Shown one piece after another: positions 33,831 through 34,535 of a DNA stretch of 34,535 nt. The first letter of the stretch is position 1. Every line of letters begins with the position of its first letter. The notes beneath the pieces were generated by a model. It ran no database searches and was not told where the DNA came from. It was given only the letters and a program-made list of their open reading frames with translations. Source of the DNA: Gemmatimonadota bacterium (lineage in GTDB: Bacteria > 4572-55 > J002). The stretch lies in assembly GCA_003697105.1 (NCBI GenBank), contig RFFQ01000135.1:1-34535 (forward strand), in the 5' to 3' direction. The translations under genes and the position numbers were made by a program.

Positions 33831-34325
33831 CTAGGGCATGTCCCAATCATCACCGGTAGGTCCATACACGCCCGGCACTTTTGCACCCACTTGCCGCAAG
33901 ATAACGCTCATCTGTCCCCGGTGATGGATTTCGTGGGCGATGTAACCACTGAGCATTTCTAAAGCCGTGGGATTCCAGACAACCTCGCCGTTCATTTCCA
34001 TAGGGATATGGGCATTTAATTGCTCGTCGGTCAATTGCTGGATGCGCGTTTGGGCATCTTTTACGGCGGCTTTATATGCCGCCACCAGACCAGCGACATC
34101 ATCCACGGGGCCACCTTCCGCTCCAAATACGGCGTTCCCTTGTTCCAATGAATTGGCTAAATCGGTAATCGAACCGGTAATGTGGGCGGCAAGTTCACCG
34201 AGTGTACGAACGCGCTCATGCACTTTTTCGGTAACTTTATCGGCAGGAATTGCTTCCATCATGCGAGTGGTGCCTTCTACTTCATTATTCCACCAGCCCA
34301 TTAACGCTTGCAAATGAGGGTTCAT
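33831..34325 (-). CDS. DinB/YfiT-family four-helix metal-binding protein (not DNA polymerase IV)
   Basis: RTLGELAAHI and HEIHHRGQMSVILRQVG.KVP.VYGPT give the His triad; AAGGA SD. Confidence 0.9.
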   Translation of the reverse strand: MNPHLQALMGWWNNEVEGTTRMMEAIPADKVTEKVHERVRTLGELAAHITGSITDLANSLEQGNAVFGAEGGPVDDVAGLVAAYKAAVKDAQTRIQQLTDEQLNAHIPMEMNGEVVWNPTALEMLSGYIAHEIHHRGQMSVILRQVGAKVPGVYGPTGDDWDMP

Positions 34326-34383
34326 GCGGTCATCCTTTCTAAAAAGAGGTGTTTTAGAATAAGTTGATTTATGACGCTGGATA

Positions 34384-34419
34384 CTGTATAAGTTTACAGA
34401 TAATATACGAGCTTGTCAA
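34384..34419 (-). promoter_or_regulatory. Promoter of the DinB-family gene with an overlapping CTGT-N8-ACAG palindrome
   Basis: TTGACA (34419-34414), 17-nt spacer, TAAACT (34396-34391); CTGTATAAGTTTACAG at 34384-34399 covers the -10 box. Confidence 0.65.
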
Positions 34420-34535
34420 GAGTAAACTCTCTGTACCAGCCCTAACGAATGTATATCTGTAATAATCTACGGTGCGTCATAGAAAGTATTACAACAGTCT
34501 GCGAAAAAATATTTTTTTGGCTAGCCTCAAATCTG

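Noticed and set aside
33831-34325. DNA polymerase IV (dinB)
   Set aside because: Only 164 aa with the DinB/YfiT His triad and no Y-family polymerase motifs, so no gene symbol was given.

Overview
Gene-dense chromosomal window from a bacterium, probably a diderm (EnvC-like activator, RND permease, lipoproteins); the lineage cannot be fixed from sequence alone. No rRNA, tRNA, CRISPR array, transposase, integrase or phage gene is visible. Left: a minus-strand operon nnr (NAD(P)HX repair) - RsbR-like STAS protein - pseudouridine synthase - a 1138-aa protein with three tandem TIR modules, one TM helix, a repeat coiled-coil stalk and a 7-blade WD40 propeller. It is preceded by a long structured leader containing a His-rich micro-ORF. 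Divergent from it: a 1274-aa all-TPR protein - long hpf - hprK - ptsH - TIM-barrel isomerase; two tandem MBL-fold hydrolases behind a perfect sigma70 promoter; glutamine-dependent nadE. Convergent with nadE: an e(P4)-type phosphatase lipoprotein and a stand-alone 99-aa LRR protein. Right half: mutS, a TPR histidine kinase, an orphan RND permease with a large hydrophobic insertion, a 100-bp AACTC tandem repeat abutting birA, envC-like, pdxH, a renalase-like flavoprotein, a five-repeat beta-sandwich lipoprotein, and a DinB/YfiT-family gene whose -10 box sits inside a CTGT-N8-ACAG palindrome. Best leads: the Toll-like-receptor-shaped triple-TIR protein and its NAD-related context, the structured leader at about 7000-7175, the possible sRNA at about 17930-18096, the repeat upstream of birA and the SOS-box-like operator. 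All functional calls come from motif recognition by eye; no database search was run.
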